DNA of 64,000 nucleotides. Source: Minisyncoccota bacterium (lineage in GTDB: Bacteria > Patescibacteriota > Minisyncoccia > Phycocordibacterales > UBA9973). The notes below the pieces were generated by a model. That model saw only the letters and a program-made list of their open reading frames with translations, searched no databases and had not been told where the DNA came from. Position 1 is the first letter of the stretch. Every line of letters starts with the position of its first letter. The DNA lies in NCBI GenBank assembly GCA_036405895.1, contig DASWWS010000001.1, forward strand, positions 244,468 to 308,467. Direction: 5' to 3'. Both the position numbers and the translations under genes were made by a program. Below, piece by piece: positions 35,318 through 45,118 of this stretch.

Positions 35318-37117
35318 TTAATTAGGGCTAGTAGCAAATTGCGCTGCAGTGTAAAGCTTTTTAAATATACCGTCTTCGATAATAAGTAATTCGCTTTTCT
35401 TTCCGCATTCAACCACCTTGCCTTTTTGCAAAACAATGATTCTGTCGACTATCTTTAGGGAAAGATACCGGTGGGAAATAATGATCCCGGTTTTGTTTTG
35501 CAGTATTTTTTGGTACTGTTCAACAATTTCCTTTTCAGCCTCAGGATCAAGTGCCGAAGTAAATTCGTCGAGCAATACCAGTTTGGGATTGCGATGAATG
35601 ATCCCCGCCAGTCCCAATTTTTGATTTTGGCCACCTGAAAGCTTGACGGAATCTTTGAAAATTCGATCAACTTTTTGATTGAGCTTATGAGGCAGCTTCT
35701 CGGCATACTCTTTTAACCCCACTTGCTCCAAGAAATTCCAGATCTGAAAATCAGAGCAGGGCTCACCCGGTTTTGTTGCAAGGATTGCGGACTTTATGGT
35801 GGTTTTGAGTGTCACAAAATCTTGGAAAAGCGCTCCGGTAATCGCAAGAAGGCTTCCTCTTCTAATCAACCGCAGATCAACTCCGTTAATTCTAATAGAA
35901 CCCTTCTCCGGGTCATAAAACCGCAACAAGAGCAATCCGATAGTAGTTTTCCCTTCACCATTTTTTGCTATAAGACCCACGGTCTCCCCGCTTTCAATGG
36001 TAAAACTGACTCCTTCAAGGATATAGTTTTCCGATTCGGGATACCTGAAATAGACATCTTCGAATTCAATCCTAGGCGCAATCGTGTCATCCACTTCTTC
36101 GCACTTCACCGCATCAGTTATGGCCGGGACAGAGTCCACAATGAGAAAAAAATCTTCGGCTTTTTTAGCGGCTATGTCCAGGTCCACAAGGATTGTCGTT
36201 GCCTGGTCAAGTTCGGTATACATGTTTCGTATGGAACCGAACAATAAAAAGAGTGTGCCGATTGTGGCTGTCCCTGCAGCGATAGAAAGCGTGAGAGAAT
36301 ACAGAATGACCGCCAAAAGAAGATAGAACCAAATGTCCCCCCAATACCCGATCGCCGTAAAATGCTTTTGGCCATTGTAGGTGAAAAAAGTTATTTTTCT
36401 TCTGATGCTGTCGAACAATCCTAAATAATGCCCGCGGGAATTATTGAGGCTCGATTCTTTGCTCCCGATGTAGCCGGCAAGCATGTCTCTGTATCGATTG
36501 ATTTCATTGAGCTGTTTTTCTTGGGTGTACGTTCTTACTTTTCTTTTTCGGGTAAAATAAACTCGAGGAAGAACCATGAGAATGATCACGAAGAAATACC
36601 ACCATGCAATCGAAGAAAGGACGAATGCGCAGACGATAACCGTCAATACTGAAATGCCGAGTGTCCACTGCATAAAGAACACTTCCTGCACGACGCCCTG
36701 ATTGCGGCTCGCATTGTTCAACGCGTTTTGAATGATGGAATTTTCCTTGTCCTGGAGGTCAAACTTTACATAAGACTTCCAGTAAAGGTTCTGCGTTTCG
36801 TCCGTGGTAATTCTTCGAAATTTTAATTCCAAAGATTTAACCCAGTATCGAAGCGATCGCGGAACAATATCCATCGCAAAACCGATCGCTACGGCAACCA
36901 GCAACGAAACCGATGCAAATACCGAGGGTTGATTGGTCAATTTATTGGTAAGTTGGCCAAAGAGCCATGCGTCCAGCGCCCAGGCTTGGGTCACCAAGCA
37001 TGAGAGCAAAAATGCCGTGAAGAAGAGTTTTCTCGTGCCCTTTTTCTGTAGCAATAAATCATTCGTTCGGCGAATGATTCGAAGGCTTGAGAGGGCCTTT
37101 TGATGAAGTTCTTTCAT
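35318..37117 (-). CDS. ABC exporter (TMD+NBD)
   Basis: AKNGEGKTT, LSGGQNQK, LLDEFTSALD, ISHR. Confidence 0.9.
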   Translation of the reverse strand: MKELHQKALSSLRIIRRTNDLLLQKKGTRKLFFTAFLLSCLVTQAWALDAWLFGQLTNKLTNQPSVFASVSLLVAVAIGFAMDIVPRSLRYWVKSLELKFRRITTDETQNLYWKSYVKFDLQDKENSIIQNALNNASRNQGVVQEVFFMQWTLGISVLTVIVCAFVLSSIAWWYFFVIILMVLPRVYFTRKRKVRTYTQEKQLNEINRYRDMLAGYIGSKESSLNNSRGHYLGLFDSIRRKITFFTYNGQKHFTAIGYWGDIWFYLLLAVILYSLTLSIAAGTATIGTLFLLFGSIRNMYTELDQATTILVDLDIAAKKAEDFFLIVDSVPAITDAVKCEEVDDTIAPRIEFEDVYFRYPESENYILEGVSFTIESGETVGLIAKNGEGKTTIGLLLLRFYDPEKGSIRINGVDLRLIRRGSLLAITGALFQDFVTLKTTIKSAILATKPGEPCSDFQIWNFLEQVGLKEYAEKLPHKLNQKVDRIFKDSVKLSGGQNQKLGLAGIIHRNPKLVLLDEFTSALDPEAEKEIVEQYQKILQNKTGIIISHRYLSLKIVDRIIVLQKGKVVECGKKSELLIIEDGIFKKLYTAAQFATSPN

Positions 37118-37226
37118 ATTCTTTTTTTAAGGTTTATTTTCTGTATTACAGCACACTTTTGCTTATAAATCAAGTACAATAGCGCGCAATAAAAAGCCGA
37201 GATAGTCCCGGCTTTTTATTTTTTCC

Positions 37227-39023
37227 TTACGCCATCAATACCTGGTTTTTTATCAATCGCTGGTATTCTGCAGAATTCTTTTCAAGCTCTTTATGAGTTC
37301 CTTGGTCTACTATCTTCCCTTCTTTCACTACAAAAATAATATCAGCATCAACAACAGTAGAGAGGCGGTGTGCGATGATTATCGTAGTGCGGCCTTCCGC
37401 GCTTTTGTTGATTGCGTCATGAATCAGCTTTTCGTTAATAGAGTCGAGCGCACTGGTTGCTTCGTCAAAAATAAGAATTTTAGGGTCTTTGATAAGAGCG
37501 CGGGCGATACCGATACGTTGGCGCTCTCCGCCTGAAACTTTCACTCCCCCTTCGCCAATCACTGTATCAAGCCCGTGATCTTTTAGTTTTGCTATGAATT
37601 CGTCGAGTGAAGCATCAGAGATTGCTTTGTTGAGACGCTCATCATCAATATCAGAATTAGTAGGCAAGCCGAACAATATGTTGTCGCGGATGCTTCTATC
37701 AAAGAGCTCGATTTTTTGCTCCACATTTCCAATCTGAGAACGAAGCCAACGGAGGTCAAGCTCCTTCAACGGTACTCCATCAATCAATATCTCTCCTCCT
37801 GTCGCTTCATAATACCTGCGCATCAAGTTTACGATAGTGCTTTTTCCGGAACCCGATACTCCTACAAAGCCAACCTTTGCGCCGGCCGGAATAGTGAAGT
37901 TGATGTCTGTAATAGTGTGCTCCTGTTCTTTTTCTTCCGTGCTTTCGTCTTCAATTTCTTTTGCACTTTTTCGATACGGATATGCAAAGCTCACATTCTT
38001 AAATTGTATTTCGCCCCGCAGTTCAAGAATTGTTTTTCCACCAATATTCGGGTCAATATCCGGCGCGATATCCAACAGCTCAAAGTATTTTTTGATTTCT
38101 ACAACCTGGAACAATACCTGCCGCTGAGAATTCATGATGCTCATCAAATTACCAAACACGGCACTGGTCCATGAGTACAGTGCAACAAACGTACCAACAG
38201 AATGAGCACCGTTGAGAATGTAATAGGTCCCTAATCCGAGAGTTGAATATTGACCGACCGTAATAATGATTCTATGTAAATAAAATGTATTGATGTATTT
38301 ACTCCAAGTACTCATACTGAAATCAGTAACCTTGTCATAGTCATTTTTAAACGAGTCTGCTGTACGCTTTTCTTGCGCTTCTGCAATCACCAGTGTTGAA
38401 TTTCTGAAAAGCTCAGACTGCAGCTTTGATTGCTGTTGGTTATTTTTTCGCACCTGTTCTACTTTTGGAAAAAATTGTATGTTGCGTCGATACGAAAGAA
38501 CAATATAGAGGGTGGCAAAAAAAGTAGACGTAAGCGCTACGCGCCAATCAAAATATAGTAGGAAAATTGTCATTGCAAATATCTGCAATACACTTGGCAA
38601 GATATTGTTTAATGTAAGGAACATCATTCCAGAAAGTGAATTCTGGCCCTTATTTACAACGGTTTGTTTTACGCCAGAGTGCTCATTTATATGTTGCCCA
38701 ATAGAGAAGTCAAACATTCGCTTCATTGAAAGCACAGAGAATGCTTTCTCTATCGCAAAATCTAGCTTCTTTATTTCAACTTGCTCGCGAATATATGCAA
38801 TAATTTGATCTCTAAAAAACGCGGCACCAAAAGCGGCTAGTAAAAAGTAAGCTGTATAACGAGCATTGCCACTAATTACCGCATCCACGCCCTTACTAAA
38901 AAGCAATGGAGAGAAAGCATTCAGGAGCTGTCCTACAAGCATCAATGCCGCAACAACAGCAAATGAGCCCCAAAAGGGCTTAAAGAAAAACAATACGCGC
39001 TTTAAGAAAGAGGTTTTACTCAT
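37227..39023 (-). CDS. ABC exporter (TMD+NBD)
   Basis: GVSGSGKST, VSGGERQR, IFDEATSALD, IAHRLST. Confidence 0.92.
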   Translation of the reverse strand: MSKTSFLKRVLFFFKPFWGSFAVVAALMLVGQLLNAFSPLLFSKGVDAVISGNARYTAYFLLAAFGAAFFRDQIIAYIREQVEIKKLDFAIEKAFSVLSMKRMFDFSIGQHINEHSGVKQTVVNKGQNSLSGMMFLTLNNILPSVLQIFAMTIFLLYFDWRVALTSTFFATLYIVLSYRRNIQFFPKVEQVRKNNQQQSKLQSELFRNSTLVIAEAQEKRTADSFKNDYDKVTDFSMSTWSKYINTFYLHRIIITVGQYSTLGLGTYYILNGAHSVGTFVALYSWTSAVFGNLMSIMNSQRQVLFQVVEIKKYFELLDIAPDIDPNIGGKTILELRGEIQFKNVSFAYPYRKSAKEIEDESTEEKEQEHTITDINFTIPAGAKVGFVGVSGSGKSTIVNLMRRYYEATGGEILIDGVPLKELDLRWLRSQIGNVEQKIELFDRSIRDNILFGLPTNSDIDDERLNKAISDASLDEFIAKLKDHGLDTVIGEGGVKVSGGERQRIGIARALIKDPKILIFDEATSALDSINEKLIHDAINKSAEGRTTIIIAHRLSTVVDADIIFVVKEGKIVDQGTHKELEKNSAEYQRLIKNQVLMA

Positions 39024-39024
39024 A

Positions 39025-40008
39025 CTAGCTCGTTAATCCCACCGCTTCGTACACATCAAAAAGCTTCTTCATCGCAATGTCGTTCGCGCGCATTGCGCCG
39101 TTTATCATTATGTCGCGCACAAGCTCCGGATTGTTCTCGTATTCGGCACGGCGCTCGCGCATAGGAGCTACAAAAGAAATAATGTCACTGGCGAGCATTT
39201 TCTTTGCATCTCCATAGCCAAGGCCTTTTACATACTGAGATTTTAATTCAGGAGAATCATTAAAATACTTGTGGATCTGATAGAGCACCAATTCGTCCGG
39301 ATTCTTTTCCTCGTCGCGCCCGCGTGAGTCGGTTGCAATGCTCATGACTGCTTTTGTGATTTCTTCATCGCTTGCAAATAAAGGAATAGTGTTGCCGTAG
39401 CTTTTGGACATCTTGCGTCCGTCAGTTCCGGGAATGATGCCAGTTGTTTCCAAAATCATTTCGTTGGGCAAGATAAAATGCTCGCCATAGATGTGGTTGA
39501 ACTTCCCCGCTATGTCGCGCGCGTACTCAACATGCTGTTTTTGGTCTTGCCCTACCGGCACAACGAGTGGGTCATAGAGTAAAATGTCGGCAGCCATCAA
39601 TACCGGATAGTTAAAGAGACCCATGCTTGGCTCCAGCTCTTTTGCAACAGCATCTTTGTACGCATGCGCACGCATCATAAATGGCACCGTAACAATCGTA
39701 TCGAATATCCATGAGAGGTTTGCGTGTGCCGGCACTGAAGACTGCTTGAAGAGCGTTACCTTTTTAGGGTCGAGCCCAATTGCCAAATAGTCAAGCACCA
39801 AATCATACGAAAGTGTGCGCATTGTTTCGGCATCTTGAATGAAGTTCAGTGCATGAAGGTCTGCAATAAAGATGAAAGCTTCGTGGGTATCCTGAAGGTC
39901 CACAAATTGCTTCATCGCCCCAAAATAGTTGCCGATATGAGGGCGCCCTGTCGGCTTTACCCCGGAAACCAATCGCTTTTTTCCGCCTGTAGTAGCTGGG
40001 GAAGACAT
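39025..40008 (-). CDS. trpS: Tryptophan-tRNA ligase
   Basis: SGVKPTGRPHIGNYFG, YPVLMAADIL, VPVGQDQKQH, KMSKS; start MSSPA at 40008. Confidence 0.95.
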   Translation of the reverse strand: MSSPATTGGKKRLVSGVKPTGRPHIGNYFGAMKQFVDLQDTHEAFIFIADLHALNFIQDAETMRTLSYDLVLDYLAIGLDPKKVTLFKQSSVPAHANLSWIFDTIVTVPFMMRAHAYKDAVAKELEPSMGLFNYPVLMAADILLYDPLVVPVGQDQKQHVEYARDIAGKFNHIYGEHFILPNEMILETTGIIPGTDGRKMSKSYGNTIPLFASDEEITKAVMSIATDSRGRDEEKNPDELVLYQIHKYFNDSPELKSQYVKGLGYGDAKKMLASDIISFVAPMRERRAEYENNPELVRDIMINGAMRANDIAMKKLFDVYEAVGLTS

Positions 40009-40104
40009 GGGGATATCATACCAAAAATAAGACTCGTTTGGAAATAAACTGGGTATTATGGCGCCATTGCCTAAAGAGGGCTTTAGGGTGTTACAATAAA
40101 GCCT

Positions 40105-41508
40105 ATGAACAAGCCTACTGTTGCGCCCAATAAGATTTCGGATGCCATTGCGAACCTTCGCATCCCTCCCCACGACCTCGATGCTGAGCAGGCAGTACTG
40201 GGTGCGCTCATGCTTCGCCCGGCTGCAATACACGACATTATCGACCTGCTTATCCCGGAGATGTTCTATGCAAAAAAGCACACGCTCGTATTTCGCACTA
40301 TTTTAGACCTCTCAAACAAAAACGAGCCAATCGATGTCCTCTCTGTTGCAAACCGCCTCAAAGAAAAAAAATGCCTCAATGAAATCGGAGGCAATGCATA
40401 CCTCAACGAATTGATGTCAAACGTGCCTTCCACGGTGAACATCCGCCACTACGCAGATATTGTGTACAAGAAATTCATCCTGCGCGCGCTTATCGACTCC
40501 GGTGAAGCAATTGCTAGCATGGCGTACGAACAAAACGACATGGATGTCGCAGACGTCATCGACATGGCGGAGAAAAGCATCTTCCGCGTTACTTCAAGCA
40601 TCAACACCAAGAATGCATTTACTTCTATCAAACAGTCATTGATTGAGACATGGGAGCAGATTGAGCACTTGCGCGAGCACAAGGACGAAGTGCGCGGCGT
40701 ACCTACCGGCTTTAGTGATCTGGACAACATGCTTGCGGGTCTGCAGAAGTCCGACCTTATTATTCTCGCTGCGCGCCCGGGTATGGGTAAAACAACGTTT
40801 GCGCTCGACATTGCCCGCAATGCCGCTCTTGGGGGGACACCTGTGGGCATCTTCTCGCTTGAAATGAGCGCAAACCAGCTCGTACAGCGCATGCTCTCCG
40901 CTGAGAGCCGCGTGGATGCATGGAGTATCCGCACCGGTCACGGCCTTTCAACGCAGCACTTCACTACTCTTCAAGAAGCCGCAAGCCGTTTGCAAAAGGC
41001 GCCGATTTATATCGACGACCAGGCCGGCAACTCGATCGTTAAAATGCGCTCTGTTGCGCGCCGCCTCAAGAGCGAACACGGGCTTGGCCTTATTGTTGTC
41101 GACTACCTCCAGCTTATGACCACGAGCAAAAACTATGACTCCATGGTAAACCAGGTAACAGAAATTTCCCGCTCCCTCAAAGGGCTTGCGCGCGAACTCG
41201 ACGTGCCGGTGCTTGCTCTCTCACAGCTCTCTCGTGCGGTTGAATCCCGCGGAGGCAAGCCTCGCCTCTCCGACCTTCGAGACTCAGGTTCCATCGAGCA
41301 GGATGCGGACTTGGTGATTTTCATCCACAATGAAGACCGGTTCAAAGACCATGCAGAGCGAAGCAATGTCACGGAAATTTTGATTGAAAAGCACCGAAAC
41401 GGTGCAGTCGGCAAAATCGACCTCATGTTCGATCCAAAGACCACTACCTTCCTTTCAATGGACAAGAACTTTGTTCCTGTAAAAGCAAAGTCGCTTGATG
41501 ACTTTTAA
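40105..41508 (+). CDS. dnaB: Replicative DNA helicase
   Basis: PPHDLDAEQAVLG, AARPGMGKT, VDYLQLM, LSQLSRAVE, DLRDSGSIEQDAD. Confidence 0.97.
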   Translation: MNKPTVAPNKISDAIANLRIPPHDLDAEQAVLGALMLRPAAIHDIIDLLIPEMFYAKKHTLVFRTILDLSNKNEPIDVLSVANRLKEKKCLNEIGGNAYLNELMSNVPSTVNIRHYADIVYKKFILRALIDSGEAIASMAYEQNDMDVADVIDMAEKSIFRVTSSINTKNAFTSIKQSLIETWEQIEHLREHKDEVRGVPTGFSDLDNMLAGLQKSDLIILAARPGMGKTTFALDIARNAALGGTPVGIFSLEMSANQLVQRMLSAESRVDAWSIRTGHGLSTQHFTTLQEAASRLQKAPIYIDDQAGNSIVKMRSVARRLKSEHGLGLIVVDYLQLMTTSKNYDSMVNQVTEISRSLKGLARELDVPVLALSQLSRAVESRGGKPRLSDLRDSGSIEQDADLVIFIHNEDRFKDHAERSNVTEILIEKHRNGAVGKIDLMFDPKTTTFLSMDKNFVPVKAKSLDDF

Positions 41509-41511
41509 TAT

Positions 41512-42153
41512 ATGTCCAACGAATTCCACAGCGGGTATAACAGCGACTCAATCGAACGCCTTGCAAAGCTCTTTACGCGTTTCCCTGGCATTGGAGAGCG
41601 CCAGGCCAAGCGCTTTGCGTATTTTATCCTCGCCCAGCAAACAGGCTATGTGCAAAGCCTCGCTTCAGCACTGACGGCAGCGCGCGCAAATGCGCACACC
41701 TGCACCAAATGCCTGCGCATTTTTGAGGTAGGAATAAATGGAGAGTCCGGCCTATGCAACATTTGCAGCGACCCGAAACGCGACCAGGGCACCATTGTCG
41801 TAGTGGAAAAAGGACAGGACATTGAGGCCTTTGCCCGCACCGACTACAAAGGGCTCTTTTTTGTTCTTGGAGGCCTTATTCCTATCATTCAGAAAAACAT
41901 TGTGGAGGGCACGCACATTGCATACTTGCAGACCCGCATCACTGCTGAGAAGGAGGTATTGAAAGAATTGATCCTCGCCTTCCCTCTTACGCCAAACGGC
42001 GACCACACCGACCAAGCGGTGCGAGAAATATTGGCACCCATGCTTCCAGAGAATATTTCCATAACGAGCCTTGGTCGAGGGCTCTCCACCGGAGCTGAAC
42101 TTGAATACGCCGACCCCGCATCCTTGGCTGCATCCCTGAAGAAAAGAGAATAA
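41512..42153 (+). CDS. recR: Recombination mediator RecR
   Basis: FPGIGERQAKR, C4 Zn finger CTKC...CNIC, GLSTGAELEYAD. Confidence 0.93.
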   Translation: MSNEFHSGYNSDSIERLAKLFTRFPGIGERQAKRFAYFILAQQTGYVQSLASALTAARANAHTCTKCLRIFEVGINGESGLCNICSDPKRDQGTIVVVEKGQDIEAFARTDYKGLFFVLGGLIPIIQKNIVEGTHIAYLQTRITAEKEVLKELILAFPLTPNGDHTDQAVREILAPMLPENISITSLGRGLSTGAELEYADPASLAASLKKRE

Positions 42154-42183
42154 AAAAATCCGGACAGACTGTCCGGATTTTTT
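42154..42183. terminator. Bidirectional terminator between recR and rplU
   Basis: aaaaatccggacag-a-ctgtccggatttttt. Confidence 0.85.
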
Positions 42184-42192
42184 ATTGAGAGA

Positions 42193-42549
42193 TTACGCGA
42201 TTGCAGTGATAGTCACTTTTACGTATGGCTGGCGGTGGCCGTTTTTCTTGAAGTAGCGGCTCTTTTGTTTGTACTTGATAACCACTTCTTTCTTTGCGCG
42301 GCCTACTGATGCAACTTCACCGGTTACTGTTGCGCCTGCAATAGCTGGTGTGCCGATAGTGGTGTCAGTACCATTGTCTACAAGGAGAACTTTGTCGAAA
42401 ACAACAACGTCACCCTTTTTGTGCTCGTCCTTCATTTTCTCGATAGTCACAGTTTCGCCCACTTTTACGGCGTACTGCTTTCCGCCTGTTGCAATAACAG
42501 CGAATTCGTCCTTATTTTCTTTAGTTGTAGCCTTTTTTGCGGTTGCCAT
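42193..42549 (-). CDS. rplU: 50S ribosomal protein L21
   Basis: FAVIATGGKQYAVKVG...GHRQPY. Confidence 0.96.
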   Translation of the reverse strand: MATAKKATTKENKDEFAVIATGGKQYAVKVGETVTIEKMKDEHKKGDVVVFDKVLLVDNGTDTTIGTPAIAGATVTGEVASVGRAKKEVVIKYKQKSRYFKKNGHRQPYVKVTITAIA

Positions 42550-42615
42550 AGATGAGCCCCTATTATACAGAAAGCCTTAAAAAATGCAACTTTAGCCCCT
42601 CCTCTCCCGCTTGAG

Positions 42616-42724
42616 TGACGGAATATGTGCTCCTTGAGCCGTCTTACGCAGGCTGACTGAGCCGAGTAGGAGCGAATTTTCAGCAGAAAATTACGCGACG
42701 GCGAAAGGAATACATATTTCGGCA
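42616..42724. repeat. Nested stem-loop intergenic element (MITE/REP-like or structured RNA)
   Basis: 24-nt arms 42620-42643 and 42697-42720 match 19/24 as inverted repeats and enclose two inner hairpins, including aattttc-agca-gaaaatt. Confidence 0.6.
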
Positions 42725-42777
42725 TGAGAAGCTGTTTCTACTGCATTGCAAAAGATATTTATGATACACTTGATGCA

Positions 42778-43683
42778 ATGATTTCCCGCTACAGCTACCA
42801 TGGACTGACATGGATCGACCTCGAAAATCCGAGCCGAGAAGAGATAGTTCACATCAGCGAAGAATTTAAGATCCCCACCCTTATCGGCGACGAAATGTTC
42901 ACCAATTCGCTCCGCTCGAAAGTGGACCTCTACGACAGCTTCATCTATCTTATCCTCCATTTTCCCGATATTAATCAAAACGGCGTTATCGAAGACGACC
43001 TTGAAATAGACTTCATTATCGGAAAAAACTTTCTTATTACGGTGCGCTACGAAACAGTGCTCCCTATCACCGAATTCAAAACGCTGTTTGAAACAATCGG
43101 CGTTCAGGACACTGTAAAAGCGCACGGCGGCATCTTGTTTGCCGCAATGATGAAGCAAATCTACAAGCAGTGCCTTGGCGAACTTGAGGACACGCATGTA
43201 AAGATCCGCGACATTGAGCATCGCATTTTCGAAGGACAAGAAGAAAAAATGGTGAAGATTCTCTCCTATACTCGCCGCCAGCTTCTCGACTTTAAGCAGG
43301 CAACCCGCTTTCACGCGGACATCTTAAAATCATACGAATCCGCAAGCAAGCAGTTCTTTGGCGAGGAATATGCCTACTACGCAACTGCTATCACTTCGGA
43401 ATTCAATAAGGTTGACGGCATGCTGCAAAGCCACCGCGAAGTATTGAGCGAGCTTCAACAGACAAACGACTCCCTCTTGGCAACCAAGAGTAATGACATC
43501 ATGAAGACCTTCACTATTTTGACCTTTGTGATGCTTCCGCTTTCAGTGATTACTGGCGTGTTTGGCATGAACATGCGCTTTGTCTTTATCAACGACCTCT
43601 CCGACTTCTTCTTTGTGGTGGGAGCGATGACCCTGACCGGCTTGGTTATGTTTATTTTCTTCAAATACCGCAAATGGCTCTAA
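42778..43683 (+). CDS. CorA family divalent cation transporter
   Basis: TWIDLENPSREE; C-terminal TMs with ITGVFGMN. Confidence 0.9.
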   Translation: MISRYSYHGLTWIDLENPSREEIVHISEEFKIPTLIGDEMFTNSLRSKVDLYDSFIYLILHFPDINQNGVIEDDLEIDFIIGKNFLITVRYETVLPITEFKTLFETIGVQDTVKAHGGILFAAMMKQIYKQCLGELEDTHVKIRDIEHRIFEGQEEKMVKILSYTRRQLLDFKQATRFHADILKSYESASKQFFGEEYAYYATAITSEFNKVDGMLQSHREVLSELQQTNDSLLATKSNDIMKTFTILTFVMLPLSVITGVFGMNMRFVFINDLSDFFFVVGAMTLTGLVMFIFFKYRKWL

Positions 43684-43687
43684 TCGT

Positions 43688-45073
43688 ATGAACCTTTCTC
43701 TCTACAACACCAAAACAAAATCTGTTGAAGCCTTCACGCCCTTAAACGAAGGCGTGGTTACCATGTATGCCTGCGGCCCGACAGTATACGATTACACCCA
43801 TATTGGCCACATGCGCAAATACATTGGAGACGACATCCTCCGCCGTACGCTCACCCTTTTAGGCTACAGCATCACGCATGTGATGAATATCACCGATGTT
43901 GGACACCTTACCAATGACAGCGACCATGGCGACGACAAGTTTGAAGCCAAGGCTATAAGCGAGGGCAAAAGCGTGTGGGACATTGCTGACTTGTACACGG
44001 ACTATTTTCATAAAACAATGGAGTCCGTACACGTGCTTCCTCCTACATACGAGACTAAGGCAACTGAGCATATTGCCGAGATGGTTGCCCTTGTTGAAGT
44101 GCTCATGCAAAAAGGCTTTGCATACGAAACCGCCGAAGCGATTTATTTTGATGTGGAAAAAGATGCAGAATACGGCAAGCTCTCCGGCCAAAAGGTGTCT
44201 GACAAGTTCGAAGGAGTGCGCGACGACGTTGTTGTCGACAAGGACAAAAAACATCCGGCTGACTTTGCGCTGTGGTTTAAACGCGTCGGAAAATTTGCCG
44301 ACCATGCAATGCACTGGCCGAACCCGAGCGGCATAGCGGGCGAAGGGTTCCCTGGCTGGCATATTGAATGCTCTGCCATGGCAATGAAGTATTTAGGAGA
44401 GACCATCGACATCCACACGGGCGGCATCGACCATATCCCTGTTCACCACGAAAACGAAATTGCTCAGAGCGAATGCGCAACTGGGCACGAATTTGTGCGC
44501 TTTTGGGTGCACCACGAATTTTTAAACGTTGACGGCGAAAAAATGTCCAAGAGCAAGCACAACTTTTATACCATTGCGGACATTGAAGGGCACAATATTG
44601 ACCCTCTCGCTGTGCGACTGCTTACAATGCAAACAAGTTACCGAAAGCCCTTGAACTTTACGTGGGACTCACTAGCTGCTGCAGACGCACAGCTCAAAAA
44701 GCTGCAGAAGTTTGCTTCCATGCAGCCTTCTCTCGGCCTTATCCATGACGAGTCCCTTATACGCTTTACAGAGGCGCTTGCGGATGACCTTAATACAGCA
44801 AAAGCGCTTGCTGTTGTCTGGGAAATGATGAGCGATACTGCTATACAAGACGCGGACAAATGGGCAACGCTCCTTTCATTTGATACAGTTCTTGGACTAA
44901 ACCTTGCGGACGTCGAAAAGTTTTCAATAACCGAGGATGCCCGCGCGCTTGCCACAAAGCGCGATGAAGCTCGTGCACAGAAAGACTATATGCTTTCAGA
45001 CAGTCTCAGAGCCGAGCTTGAAGCCCTTGGCTATACCGTCCTCGACACCACTGAAGGAACAGTACTCGAATAA
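43688..45073 (+). CDS. cysS: Cysteine-tRNA ligase
   Basis: YACGPTVYDYTHIGH, GFPGWHIECSAM, HHENEIAQ, KMSKS. Confidence 0.96.
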   Translation: MNLSLYNTKTKSVEAFTPLNEGVVTMYACGPTVYDYTHIGHMRKYIGDDILRRTLTLLGYSITHVMNITDVGHLTNDSDHGDDKFEAKAISEGKSVWDIADLYTDYFHKTMESVHVLPPTYETKATEHIAEMVALVEVLMQKGFAYETAEAIYFDVEKDAEYGKLSGQKVSDKFEGVRDDVVVDKDKKHPADFALWFKRVGKFADHAMHWPNPSGIAGEGFPGWHIECSAMAMKYLGETIDIHTGGIDHIPVHHENEIAQSECATGHEFVRFWVHHEFLNVDGEKMSKSKHNFYTIADIEGHNIDPLAVRLLTMQTSYRKPLNFTWDSLAAADAQLKKLQKFASMQPSLGLIHDESLIRFTEALADDLNTAKALAVVWEMMSDTAIQDADKWATLLSFDTVLGLNLADVEKFSITEDARALATKRDEARAQKDYMLSDSLRAELEALGYTVLDTTEGTVLE

Positions 45074-45108
45074 AAAAACCACCAGTTCTGATACTGGCGG
45101 TTTTTTTA
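45071..45108. terminator. Bidirectional terminator between cysS and the kinase gene
   Basis: taaaaaaaccaccagt-tctgat-actggcggttttttta. Confidence 0.8.
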
Positions 45109-45118
45109 TGTATCTGTA

